64,000 nucleotides of DNA from Naegleria gruberi (Eukaryota), in assembly GCA_000004985.1 (NCBI GenBank), contig GG738908.1. One strand, 5' to 3'. Below, in pieces: positions 20,473 through 33,094 of the stretch. Numbering within the stretch: the first letter of the stretch is position 1; each line of letters begins with the position of its first letter. Below the pieces are notes generated by a model that saw nothing but the letters and a program-made list of their open reading frames with translations, was not told the origin of the DNA and made no database searches. The position numbers and the translations under genes are program-made.

Positions 20473-23400
20473 TTAAGCAGTATTTTGAGTTCTTTGATTT
20501 GTTTTCTTGTGGAATAAAACTGTTCCGTAGTGTTGATTACCCATTACAATATTGCCATGATCCATTGGTATTTCATCTTTTCCAGTAAGTGTGGGCACAA
20601 TACTAACCATGCTTGGTATTGTTCTGTGTTTATCACCCCAACCTTTCTTCAGCTTGGTACCTATGTAAAATAAGACAAATATTGCCACCAATATAATCAC
20701 CAAAACAACCACAACAGAAATAACTGCTCCTATGATAATGGAGGCAAATTGAGCGTTTGCATCCACAACAGAACAATCAGATCCCAAAAATCCTGATAAA
20801 CATTGACATACACCATCCAAACAAATTCCATTCAAACTGCAATGATTTGGACAGGTAACATTTGCACAGGAAGCTGGGTTGGATTCACATGCATCAGCAG
20901 CAACTGCATTAGCACTAGCCATTGCAAAGGAAGTGTCACCAGTTGAAATTACATCGAACAAACAAGTCTGATAGAAAGTTCCAGTTAAACCAAGATTTGT
21001 GCAAATCTTTTTAGCAAGTTCGTTCAAGGTTTGATTTTCGGATGTGGCAGAAATAGCTGGTTCAAAATCGACAATGTTAATTGAGTTGTACGTTTCATCT
21101 GCTGTATAAATGAAATAGGATTCGCTTTGTGGCACTCTCCAGCTCTCTCCAAATCGTTTATGAATATCTGTGGCAGATGGATCATTCAATACAAGACCAT
21201 TCCTCAAAGTAAATTCATTGGATGCATTACCATCTAGTGTTCCATATAAACCTCCCTTTTCAGTTCCTGTAAAGTTAGTGTCCTTTGCAGGTGAGAAGGA
21301 GACACTAAGCCACTTGATTCCATCATTTTTCAATCTGAGCTGGCCTGAAAAGATTCCAGAAAACTTGATTAAAATTACTTTGAATGGAATGGAAGTGTCG
21401 TTCACCTTGTAAGAATTCACTGGATCCTTCTCTTCAACAATAGTAGCACCTCCATTCAATACATAGACTGGTTGTGAAGGTGGTTTGTAAGCGAGAGCAG
21501 TTTGTTGAATTTGTGGAATTTCATTAGTATCAGGATCTCTTTGATATTTGATTTGATCATAAAAGTTTTGTAAATCTTTTGGTATTTCAAGTGTTGCATT
21601 ATTTTCCACTGCTTGAACATTAACAACAGTTTCCTTGAGGTCTACAACTTGTCCATTGACATATACTACCACATCATTCGTTCCATCTGAAGAAACTTCA
21701 ACTGTATCAGTTCCACTTTGGAATGAAATAGCTTTCATGCAAGAGGTCTTGGAGTCCTTAGTACATTTAAGCAATCTTCCTTGCATGGTAAATTCAGTTA
21801 GATTTGTACAAGTAAAACTCTCCCAATGAATTGAAAGAGTACAACAGACCATCCACAGTTCTCAAGTGGATATCCCCAAAGGCAAGTACTCTGTTGAAAA
21901 GTTCAAACTCTTCAATCTTGTTGCACTTTGCTCCTGCAAAACCTGGGAAGCAACTGCAGATATTTGGGCCAACACAGGTTCCGTGCTCTGAACACCAGTC
22001 TTTATGAGCACAATGGAATTTAGAACAGTCATCGCCCATCCAGCCCCATCTACAAACACAATCATTCAATCCAACACATTTTCCTCTCTTTGCTCCTCCA
22101 CAATTTGAATAATTTGCACACAGTGAGTTGTCAAAAGTAATACAATCCAACTCTGGTGGAACATATGTAGCATCTTGGACGAAGATTGTTGAATACGAGT
22201 CAACTTTCAAGTACACCATGTTTGATTTGCAATCATACGATGTTTCTCCATCAGTTCTATTGGATGGGGATAGAATATATTCCTTATTTGGGCTAACAAT
22301 GTTAATAGAGATAGGGCCCCATGCACTGAACTTGAATCCCAAACTTATACCATATTTTCCTAACCAAGATATTTCAATCTTCTCTGGGGTACCAACAACT
22401 CCTAGCCATTCAACAGTATAACTGTTTGTGATATTATCCAAATATAGAGCTCTGTACTGCCATTCTCCTCCAGTTGTTAATTCTCCCAACAAATTTTCAG
22501 TTTGAAGATTTGATGTAGAGTTAATTCTTGTTTGATCGACAGAGTTTGTAATAGCTGGTGAGACAAACTCCAACTTGGACCAATTTACAGTCTCGTCACA
22601 CATGTATGCATTCCATGCTGAAACGTAAAAGCACTTATCAAAATCTACCATAATATTGTTTGCTGGAATGACTCTAGAATTGACTCTATTGAATCCGGCA
22701 GGAACAGTAATGTTATAGGATAAGCAACCATCTAGATCGATAATAATAGAGTGTTTGTAATTATCGTGTAGACCATTACTCTTACCAACCAATAGATATA
22801 TGACGTTAGAGTTGTGGAACTTTAAATTCTTGACGAGGTAATCGCCTTGAACCATTCTTGCCATCTTATCATTCTTAATACTAATAGCATTTGCTTTTCT
22901 GTTGCAATTATCAACAAAATTGAAAAACTCAATTCCGTCCAAAGTCATTGGTTTTCCGTCTCTGTGAAATTCTACACCAACAATTGGTTGGGTTCTGTAA
23001 TTTGCATAGGATCTGTGATAGGTAGAATTTGGATTTTTGTAATTACCACAAGAATAACAACCATAAGCACAACTACCAGTATTTCCCTTATTTCCAGACT
23101 CTCCAATGAAAATGCAGTCTTTGGCTGTGAACTTGTCTTGGTTGATCACATTGAAAGTATAACCAATAGGATTATCTGCATAGATACTATCCTTCATGGC
23201 TATTTCTCCTTGCACATAGGCAAATTGTCCTTGTACCTTATTTCTATAAGAGACGAGTTTTGTAAATTCGGCTACGGCCCAAGGATTTTCGGCACTACCA
23301 CACCTAATCTTTTGGAAGATTTCTAATCTAGGATCGGTACAAACAAAGAAATCGTGCCATAAATTGAGACCATGCTGTCTATTACTATGAACTGTGTTGT

Positions 23401-25868
23401 TGTAAAATTTTCCCCAATACCATCTGCTGGGTTGGATGTAAGGAGACATACTTGGACCTAAACTGTAAGGTTCTAATTGATACCAAATTCCATGACCTTC
23501 ACTACCAGCAGCTCTATTGTTGATAAGAGTATTGTGAGGATTAGTCATCCAGAATGTTGCTGGGGAAGCATCATGATTGGTAGGACTTAGAATAGCTCTC
23601 GAGTCTGGGATGGCTTTTGTTACAAGTCCCAAACAATTCTCAATAATATTTCCCTCTTCAACTGCATCTTCCAAAAAGAAAGTATGTCCAAAAACATTGT
23701 AAGCAACAATACCCTCAGCGTGTAAGTTATTCACGCCGTGGAATGTAATTCCTCTCTGATAGGTGTCGTGGATTGATAACTTTTTAACATAGGAAGTTGA
23801 AGCATTGTTAAACAAGTGGAAGTGAACTGGATATCTGAAAAATGTGTAAATAAATTGAATTCAATTTTTGAATAACTTACCTTCCCAAAGTTCCTGCCTG
23901 ACCACATCTCCTAAATTCTGCATTATTCAATCTGATGTACTTGGCTGTTCTCATGTAAATAGTGTGACATCCGAACAAGCTGTTATCACTACTTTCATCT
24001 CCTTGCACCTTAATGTTGTGTGTCAATAAGGCGACTTCAGCTCTCTGGTCAAACTCTACAACCGTACCATCTGCTTTTGTGTAGTATTCAGTTTCAGCGT
24101 AGTGACCATAAACAAGTGGTGAGTGCAATTCAAAAGCTGTTCCACTAATTCTTCTGGTGATAAATCTTCTCTCGGCCTGATACAAGTCATAATCTGTCGA
24201 TGCAATCACAATCTCATCACCCACATCCCACAATGTCTCTTGAGCGAGGTAAATGATGTTATCTCCAACTTTTGATGATTGTTTCAATAAAGTCCAAGTT
24301 ACCTCATGTCTCTTTCCATGCAAACTCAAGACGCCTCCACTCATCACAGCAATATTCTTGTTACCAACACCCTTATCACTCAATGGTGTCTTCTCTCCAT
24401 ACAGAGTGATTGTTGCTTTGTGTTGATATGGTGTTGACTCGTTACCGATTTGGAGAGAACCAGTAACAACCATACTGTTCATTTGTAATTGAAGATCAAG
24501 AGTTTCATTTCCGTAATCATTATTATCAAATATGAGACATCCATAAACCATGACTGTATCCAATTTAGGTGGGCTGACATCTAGAATAATTGTCTTGTCA
24601 GATGGAATTGTCACAAATGAAGCAGATGCAAGAGTTTTACAGGTTGTGTTCTTATAACTTGTTTTACATATTGGATTGTTTTCAACATAGTAGGTTGTTG
24701 AACAATTTTCAGACATTGAATCATTGGAACAATAAACGAAAGAGAAGGAACATGAAGGCATTGTAAAACTTGTAGTATTAAGCCCATTTAGCCCCATCTC
24801 ACATAATGAACAATTTGTTCCACTATCTGTAAAATTGCAAATGTCAGTTAAATTCATAGCCACTCTTTCTGTACAATTTACCTCAGTGTCATTAAATGAA
24901 TCACAAATGGTAAGGGAATAGCTACTTTCGCATTCGACAATTTGCTGAGTTGAAGGACATTTTACAGTTTCATTTGATACGGTGCTATAATTCGAATAGG
25001 TAGAGTTCACTAATTCTGGGAAATATTCTGACCATTTCACAGTCTCTGAAGGACAATTATCACCAATTCCAGTTCCATAAGGATCTGTTGTGGTTTTGGT
25101 AAAAATTATTGCTTGTTTTCCAACTCCATAAGCATTATATCCTTTAAATTTGTTATAGGGAAGAACTCTGAAACTGTATGTTACATTCTGATCCAAATTA
25201 AATCTAGTGTATGTTTCAGCTTGGTGAGTCTTGTACATTACAGTTACATATCCCAAAGAATTGAGAGTTGACATTTGTATTTGATAGTAACAAATAACAT
25301 TTGTCGTATCATTTGATAATTTCCACCTCAGCTCAATACTAAAATAAGTTGGTATTGCCACAAAATTTTCAACAATTGAAATGTTGGCAGCTGTTGAAAA
25401 TCTATTAGTAATATTTCCATCAGATGGATCTGACAAATCCGAGAGTAAATACCTCCTTGGAGCTCCCTGTCCAATCGACCAATAACAACAAGGGTCTCCT
25501 AGTTCATCACCATTTGTTAGACCATCTCCATCTGAGTCCATCAAGCAAAATGTTTCATCCCAAACATACTTATTCTTTGCAAAGTCCTTTGCAAACTTGG
25601 TCATTGTCCCATTCTTGAAGAAGATATTAGTAAAGAGTTGTGAGTCAGGATAGATTGCACCATTTGGTAGTTTTGTGATATCAAAATCTGCATATAAACT
25701 CGATAAGGGTTTTGAATACGTCGAAGGCAATTGGCTCACCAATAGAAGAATATATACAATGATAGAAGAACAATACAAAAACCATGATATCTTATCATAT
25801 CGGCTTGTTCTTATTGAGGAGTAAGATGATGAATAGTCCGAGTAGGACCTCTGTTCTCTCCTCATCAT
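20473..25868 (-). CDS. Giant type-I membrane protein: G8/CEMIP-TMEM2-fibrocystin-like domain, right-handed beta-helix, tenascin-type EGF repeats, VWD domain, EGF, TM and a short cytoplasmic tail
   Basis: Exon 1 (25868..23881) starts MMRREQ with a signal anchor (ISWFLYCSSIIVYILLLVSQL) and ends ...GQAGTLG(R), where the codon is split at a GTAAGT donor. A 46-bp intron spans 23880..23835. Exon 2 begins (R)YPVHFHLFNNAST, the hallmark GRYP(V/I)HFH motif of G8-adjacent domains, then runs through beta-helix and EGF repeats (CVGLNDCVCRWGWMGDDCSKFHC..CSEHGTCVGPNICSCFPGFAGAKC) and the VWD start (AFGDIHLRTVDGLLYSFNSLGEFYLYKSN). The VWD continues in the -1/+1 frame ORF 21852..20473 (..MQGRLLKCTKDSKTSCMKAISFQSGTDTVEVSSDG..VVYVNGQVV), then EGF (CPNHCSLNGICLDGVCQC), a TM and the tail. 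There is a frame discontinuity near 21800-21850. Confidence 0.7.
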
Positions 25869-26209
25869 ATTTTGTTTTTCAATGATAGTTAGTATTATAT
25901 ATTTACTAGATAATTAACAAGTAACAATTTCTCGCGAGCAATAGTTTTCTCTTATTACCCAATGAACAAGATAATCCCTTCCTAGTACTTTTTTTTAATA
26001 ATGTCTATTCATTAATAACCGGCAATTTACGGTTTTTTGATTCTTGTTGATGGTATCTCTTCTAATCATCTGATAAATAGTAATAGATGCAATTGATGAA
26101 ATGAAAAAAATATTCATTGAGCGGGAAGATTGGTTTGAGGCTTTCTGATGAACAGCTTCGGGATGATAATATTTAATTTTTATCAGTTGAATTTGCTGTT
26201 CATTATTTA

Positions 26210-28814
26210 TTAAGCAATATTGATGGAGGATATTTCGATTTTATCGTTCAGATGAGAAATTCCTTTAAGGGATTTTTGAAGAGTGGTATGATAATTGTGG
26301 AGAGCCTGAGCCAAGTTTTGACTCTTCTGATTGGTGAGAGTATCAAGAATAGTAAGCAAACGATTCGTAATAATTTGATCCTCTGGATACTTATTCAAAT
26401 GATCTTGAAGAATATTGACCGATTCTTGGATTCGGTCCAGAACTTGAGAATCAGACATCGAAGAAACAGTCTTTGGATCAAAGATTGCAAAGGCAGCTTC
26501 AAAATCTTTGAACTTTTTGTTTGCTTTTTGCTGTTCCAGTTCATACATCCATTCTGATAGGTATCAATTTGTAATGAATTGAATTAGTGAAATTATTAAT
26601 TACTAACAAACTTACCATCTTTTTCATAACTATTCTCCTTAATGACTTCATAGACAACTGTTGGAGTTTTGCCTTCGCTATTCTCCAAAACAAATCTTTC
26701 GACAGGTCTCACAACAAATGCAGAAGTGGCCTCAGTGCAAACACTCTCACTATCTGCAAGGATCTTACAACCAAGTGAACAACCTAGAATGGAGAGGTTC
26801 TTTGAATTGGTAACCATTGGACCGACGATTGAGTAATATCTCAAATTGTTTGTTCCCAAATTACCCACATTGGCCATTCCAGAGCTAATACCGATAGAAT
26901 AACTTGATAATTTACCAAGGTTGTCCAAAACTTTGGAAACCTTGAGAGCACTTTCCATAGCTGCCAAGTTTTGTTTCTTCTTACAATCAGCAAATGAGAG
27001 TTGGAATTCTTCAACTGATAGGATTTGCAAATCAGCTTGCAAACTCTTTGCCAAAACACTCAATCCTGATGCTACCTTTGCAAATAAATTCGTTACTTCC
27101 AAAGGATTTAACTTTCCAAATTCATTCAAATGAATGTAGACGATACTGACTGGCTTGATGGAAAGACCCAATTTGAATAATCCACCACCAGATTTCAAGT
27201 CATGTTTGGAAGATTTCAGAGAGCTGTGGGCTGAGCTTCTATTAGAGAGTGAATGTCTGCTCTCTTTCATGCTTTCATTATTCTTATCCGTTTGTGATTG
27301 CTCCTGTTCAGCCTTCTCCATATTTCTCAACTGATTGAAAATTGTCTCTGGTAAGAAACTCTTAAATTCATTCAACCAATTCACCATTTCGTGTAAGTCT
27401 TCATAAATTCTATTGACTTCCCTAAATTTACTTGAAATAAAGTTGACATTCTCCAAATCAAACTTCTTAATGAGGAAGAATTGACTTTCCAAATATCTCA
27501 ATGGTTGAGTTATTAAATATCCGATACCAATACTGAGAATCAAACCAACAATCACCACTGCTACTGCCACACCAACAGATATACCAGTGTTAATATTGGT
27601 AGTCTTGGCAATATCACTCTTGTAAACAACAAGGAAAACATTCCATCTGATATTTTCTAAAGAGAAGGATAATCTGGAAATTAGATAATCGACTCCCTTA
27701 CTAGTGAATTCAAAATCTGAGGGAGAAGATGTCAGATTTGAGTACTTGGCAGCTATTCCTGACATGAGAGCTCCAGAATCTTTGGCAATTAGATCAAATA
27801 TCTTGACACGAGACTTGCTGTCAGCTGCTGTGGTGTTAATCGAGCCTCCAATGACGAAGTCATTCGTTTCTGAAACGAGTACATAACCGTCTCCAATTAG
27901 AGTTAATGTTTTAAGGAACTTTTCAATATTCAACAATGACAAGTTGACCTTTGAAATACCAATTGTCTTTTTTGTTCCGTTCAATGCCAGCAAGTATGGA
28001 TCATACAATTTTACAGAATAATAAATACAAGTTGTTGAATTGACAACAGTGTAAGGCAATCCATAAACCCTATCCGTTTGATACAAATCAAAAAAGTTGA
28101 AACTTGTAACCCAATATGCCAATGAAGTAATTACAAAAGGAGTTGTCTGATTGACCACCAAATTAATAAAAGATCCATCAGTTTCATTTGCATACCATTG
28201 TTCAACTCCAATATATCCCTTCGGTTTGACATAATAAGTGAACGATTGTTTTGGTTTTCCATCGGGAAAGATTGTCAAATTGAAATAGGTATTCACCTCA
28301 TCTGGAAAGAACAACCCAACAGCTGATGGATAGAATATCTGATTCTTGGAAAATAAGTAACTCAAATCAGGTTTTCTTCCAATGAGTCCTCTATTGAAAT
28401 CTTCAGCCAAAACTCGAGCCAAGTGAGCTGAAGGAGAAATTTCTCCCTTCAAGAAGGCCATTACATTCTCTCCAACTTTATGGATTAAATCAGTAGAAAG
28501 TGAGTCCAATGCTTGAGTGGAACCAATATACGAAGCTAACCAAATGAAGAAGGAACAGGTAATGAGGAGAATGATCATAATGATAATGATGGTCAATCGC
28601 ATGGAGAACCAACCTTCCATTTTGGTTGGAATTTTTGGTTTGACCTTTTGTCCAGAGACGAGTTCTTCATTTTCATGATTGAGGCCAGCAGAAGAACCCT
28701 ATTGTTGATTTCAGTTTCGAATAGTGCAATTTGTAGTGCATTTAGTCAGTTGCTTTGAAATGTATTGTTACTTACAGAAAACTCTGAAGGTGATGCAGGT
28801 GCAATTTTAGACAT
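26210..28814 (-). CDS. Membrane receptor with an extracellular Cache/CHASE-like domain between two TM segments, a coiled coil, and a C-terminal degenerate class-III nucleotidyl-cyclase homology domain; three exons
   Basis: Proposed structure join(28814..28776, 28698..26616, 26553..26210). Exon 1: MSKIAPASPSEFS. A 77-bp intron precedes exon 2, which encodes GSSAGLNHEN..KMEGWFSMRLTIIIIMIILLITCSFFIWLA (TM1), an extracellular region of about 300 aa, TM2 (ISVGVAVAVVIVGLILSIGIGYLI), a coiled coil, and a cyclase-like core (VSIVYIHLNEFGKL...SIGISSGMANVGNLGTNNLRYYSIVGPMVTNSKNLS). A 62-bp intron (26615..26554, GTAAGT..TATCAG) precedes exon 3 (E)WMYELEQQKANKK.., stop at 26210. Confidence 0.65.
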
Positions 28815-29443
28815 TTCTTTGATATTGAATCTCTAAGACATTAGAACTAAACTTCATCTGCCAAATTGTTAAGTGACAGCAATCACTAACCATCAATACA
28901 GAGATACTTCTCTTACATCATTCAAAATTGCCTTGAACAGTAGTGACAATTTTTGGCGCCAATTCGAATGGCCATTTTCGTTTTGCATCTCGAAATAATG
29001 TGAAGTGAAGTGATGGGAAATATTTACAACTAAGGTTCACCCGCGTCGATACAATCAATATTCGCCTTAGTATGGAGATGAATACATTTTGTTATTGAAT
29101 TGGAGCTCTGGATAAATTGTTTTGTGGGTTACTATTAACATATTTTAATTATTTGTTATTCAATAGTTTCGCGCCAAGCTAAAACCGTTACATAAATGAA
29201 AATCTTTAGATAAAATATTTTGAAAATAAATAAATTTATTATTAAAAGAATAAAAAATAGCATCACAGGACGGACTTAGGCCTTCCTTCGTGAAAGAGGC
29301 AACTCCACGTATGTTTTTGATAACAACAAGACTTTAACATTTCCTTTAACACAACCAATATTCACAATTGGGGAATTTTTATTGTTTAAATTATAGACTA
29401 CTTGATGATGGACTATTTACATGGAAGATATACACTAGGAAAT

Positions 29444-29764
29444 TTAAGGAATGGTGGTGATTGTTGGCTGTCCTATTGATGTCGTATGAATATGATCAAT
29501 TGGATCCTTGGTAAATGAGGATGATTTTCTCATCATGATTGCCAATATCAACATTCCAGCAATACCACTCAAACATACCAGAAAACTACCAATGGCAAAG
29601 ACAATCTCTGCAGCTCCAACATTGTATGAAACTTGAGAGTTTGGTGAATTGGTAATGGTAATCAAACCAAATATCATCAAGCAAATGAAGGCTAAACAAG
29701 TGAGTGATGAAGTTACTCCAAAAGCAATCATCATTAATTTACTACGTTCTGCGTCGAGGGCCAT
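29444..29764 (-). CDS. Hypothetical small membrane protein (106 aa, two TM segments)
   Basis: ATG-initiated ORF with two hydrophobic helices (MMIAFGVTSSLTCLAFICLMIFGLITI; IVFAIGSFLVCLSGIAGMLILAIMM). No domain recognised. Confidence 0.35.
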   Translation of the reverse strand: MALDAERSKLMMIAFGVTSSLTCLAFICLMIFGLITITNSPNSQVSYNVGAAEIVFAIGSFLVCLSGIAGMLILAIMMRKSSSFTKDPIDHIHTTSIGQPTITTIP

Positions 29765-29931
29765 TTTTTAATATTGGGTTTGAAGGATATTTCATTGAGG
29801 ATGTAGTTGGATTTATCCAAAATTGCATTGTTGCAATTTGGAAAGTATCCATTTATTGATTCTTCTCATTTCTGTGGATGTCACGAAATCGTCATCTGGT
29901 AAATTTCCAATTTTGGTACATGATTTTCAAG

Positions 29932-31817
29932 TTATTGATCTTTCACATAGGCGACCCAATTGGTGTTGTAATCGTTCCAATTAGATTTGTTGTTATGTTT
30001 TCTTATTAATCTGCCATATGCTCTATCATACATGTCCCACAAAACTTCATGCTTTTTGGCATCCAACTTGTCATAATTCATAGATTTGATAAATTCCTCA
30101 AATTCAATCTTTCCCACACGGTAATATTTTGGTTTGAGTCCCAATTTGAATAGCAAGTATCTGGACAACTTCATTTCACCAATGGCAGTACACAACTTAC
30201 AAGGCGACTTGATGACATTGGCCAAGTGAAATTTGAGCGACATATCCTGAATACCCTTCTTGGTTTCATCTGACATTCTCTGTTTGAAATATTCGTTAAA
30301 CTTTTGATCGTCATCACAATAAGGTTTGATATGTTGTGCCATCTCTGTTGGTGATTTAAAATCATGAATGCTAATGAAACTATCTTTTGGAAAACCATAC
30401 TCATTGATATTGGGAGCACCTCGATAGATTGACACTAGCTTTCCACCCAATCCCAAAGGAGTGAAACCTTCAAAGAACTTTTCAGTAATGTAATCATCCA
30501 ACATGCTATTTTCAAATGCTAGATAGAATTTGCAACTTCTTGCCAATTCTGCAACCTTTCCTCCTTGTTCATGAGCATTTCTTCCACATCCTTTCCAAAA
30601 CAGCAGAATATTAGCACTTGATTCAGGTATTTGAAAATCAAAGTCAACTTACCACCATATTGTCTAACTGGAAGGACATTGCTAATTTCCTTCACAACAT
30701 CCATTCTCTCCTTGACACAATTACTGATGAATGCACAAATGCAATGTGGAGGAATTCTAGAACTATCTCTAAATTCAAAATCCATTTTCGTATAGAAATA
30801 GGTTGTCCAAATACTACACTGTGCACTCCAACACATTGTCATGTCCATGTGAGATTGGTCATTTCTGGCATGTGGTTCAATTTCTCTAAGAGCATTAGGT
30901 TCGTTACAGAGAAATACATTGATTGGTCGCATGGCCAACCAAGTTTTCAAAGCAAATTCCTTATCAAATTGTTGTGACAATTCAACACTTGACAAATCTG
31001 AATTTGATTTTACAAAATTGTCAATTTCCTCTTGGACTTTTCTTTCCTCCTCAACTTTTTCCAATCCAAGACCTCTATCTCTATATTCCAAATGTTCAAT
31101 ATTGGCATCGAGACTAATTCCTTCTGCCTTTCCACTTGTGAAATAACTTCTCGAGTCTTCATATGGAAAAACTTGACATGCAGTTTGTTTACAGTGAGCT
31201 TGATTGTACTTTCTAAAGAAACCAAACCAATTCGGTCTCGTAGTCTGCTCCTCACCGAAACCATATTGAATTAACTGGGTTTTTACACTTGGATCGAATT
31301 TGTAGCCACCTATGGATTGAGTATTGGTCAACTTGTCCAAATACCAACCATAGGTTCCTTCCTTTGACTGTTCATAGGACAACATGTTTTGTGCCAATCT
31401 AAAGAATGGAGAATGGCTCTCTAGTAGTGGATTCTCACTTAACTCTTCTAATTCAGTTATTTTCAATGAAGGTTGTTGTTCGAGTGAAACTTTCTCTGGA
31501 TGAATCGAAGTCGAATCCACTCTACTCTTTCTACTCAATATGAATACGATGAAAACAACGTAGAAAGATGAAAAGATGAATAGAGAGGCTTTCCAAGGTG
31601 TAATTTTCATTTTTTTGTTTCGATAAGTGATAAGGTTAATGTTCCAACCTCCATGGAGGATTGTAAACAGTTGAAAATAGGGAATGTTATTCTGGATTTT
31701 TGACTTTTGTTCTATGGAGGATACATGGTCAGAAACAGACTCGTCTATTGAGAGTTTGGATTCCAAAGAGGTCTTGGAAAGTTTTGGTAAGTTCTTATTC
31801 GAGTTGAGTTCTGTCAT
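29932..31817 (-). CDS. Alpha-1,3/4-fucosyltransferase (glycosyltransferase family 10), type-II membrane topology, two exons
   Basis: Proposed structure join(31817..30653, 30590..29932). Exon 1: MTELNSNK.., a signal anchor (ASLFIFSSFYVVFIVFIL), a stem and the catalytic domain, ending ..PVRQYG(G) at a GTAAGT donor. A 62-bp intron spans 30652..30591. Exon 2 begins GCGRNAHEQGGKVAELARSCKFYLAFENSMLDDYITEKFFEG, the GT10 signature motif. Confidence 0.8.
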
Positions 31818-32046
31818 TTGAACAAACAATCAAAATAAACTTTGTGCGAAACAATTCAACAAAAAATCAAGATGAGTGATTCTAATCCTTCACACTTTAA
31901 GTTTTGGGGAACAGATTGGGGAATTTGCTTTAAAGTTCTTAGAGGTCAAACAGATGATACGAATATTAATCCTGAAGATAAACTTTACAAAATATAAGCT
32001 ATTCATCAACGGTATTGTTTAATATTTTGTAAATGAATTCCATCAT

Positions 32047-33094
32047 TTAAAAGAGAAAATAAAACAATATGGCAAATATCCAATAAATATTGACAACTGA
32101 CATTCCAGTTGTGGATGCATCATTTCGTGCAGTAATATTCATGGTGGTAAATGTTGAGAATGCATATGGTTGATTAATGAACACAACTGAACAATTCTTG
32201 CAATTAGCTCTATTACTATCCAACCAAGAAAGGAAAGTGACAGCATTATAAACGACAGCATGTACTTTCTTATCAAGGATTAATTTCCATTGAGTTTCTG
32301 GAGTTCCAAAGGAAATGTACTGAGCTGCTGGTAAATTAGTTTTGACATCGATTTCATAAGTAGTTCCTGCGTATGTGGCAACAATGACATTTGACTGATT
32401 GAGACTCTTGTAGGTCGATAATTCAAGTTGTGGATCAAGTTCTGTTCTAAGGAATGCTTTACTAGTTGTTCCCCAAGGACATTGAAAATGAACTGCTTTT
32501 CTTCTGGCATCATTTTGTTCAACATTGACACTAATCACGTCACCTGCCAAAATTCAAGTTCAACAAAGATCCAAATTACTTACAAATTCCAGAATTGACA
32601 GCATTCTTCATTGTGTCAAAGAATCCAAGAGCTGTGGTATTCACATATTTGACATAGGTCTGTAATTTACTTCCGTAATGATTGTTAATTTTCTTGACAA
32701 GTGTGTTGGCAACTAAAAGTCTGGCATCTTGGAATGGATAACCCAGACCACCTAGATCGATGCACATGACTAGTCCAGTACGGTCAGTGAATGGATTTTT
32801 GGTTGGCCAAGAAACTGGAGTATAGGTACACTGTCAGGTGTCAAATCGAATATTTAGTTTCAATATTTTGACATTTGTACTTACTTGTGGCACTTGGAAA
32901 TACATCAGTTTGAAGAAGGCATCCATGAAGGTTGTATCTGTTATCATTTCTTGAGTGGCAGCGTCAATAGCATCAGAATAATCTTGAGTGACAGGTACAG
33001 CGTGTGTTTCGTATTCCTGCCCAATAGTTACTTGGCAGTTTAGCAATAAAACACTGCATAGAATAAGTAAAGATAGCAATATTGAATATTTCAT
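32047..33094 (-). CDS. Secreted protein with an N-terminal signal peptide and a C-terminal hydrophobic GPI-anchor-like tail, three exons; function unknown
   Basis: Proposed structure join(33094..32885, 32830..32584, 32543..32047). Exon 1: MKYSILLSLLILCSVLLLNCQ (signal) ...FQVPQ, then GTAAGT. A 54-bp intron precedes exon 2 (CTYTPVSWPTKNPFTDRTGLVMCIDLGGLGYPFQDARLL...NSGIC), a 40-bp intron precedes exon 3 (DVISVNVEQNDARRKAVHFQCPWG...NDASTTGMSVVNIYWIFAILFYFLF*). Confidence 0.5.

Noticed and set aside
28930-29310. GC-richer patches considered as tRNA or snRNA genes
   Set aside because: No cloverleaf-compatible T-loop (GGTTCGA-type), no A/B boxes and no snRNA Sm-site patterns could be recognised by eye. 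This should be scanned with tRNAscan-SE/Infernal.
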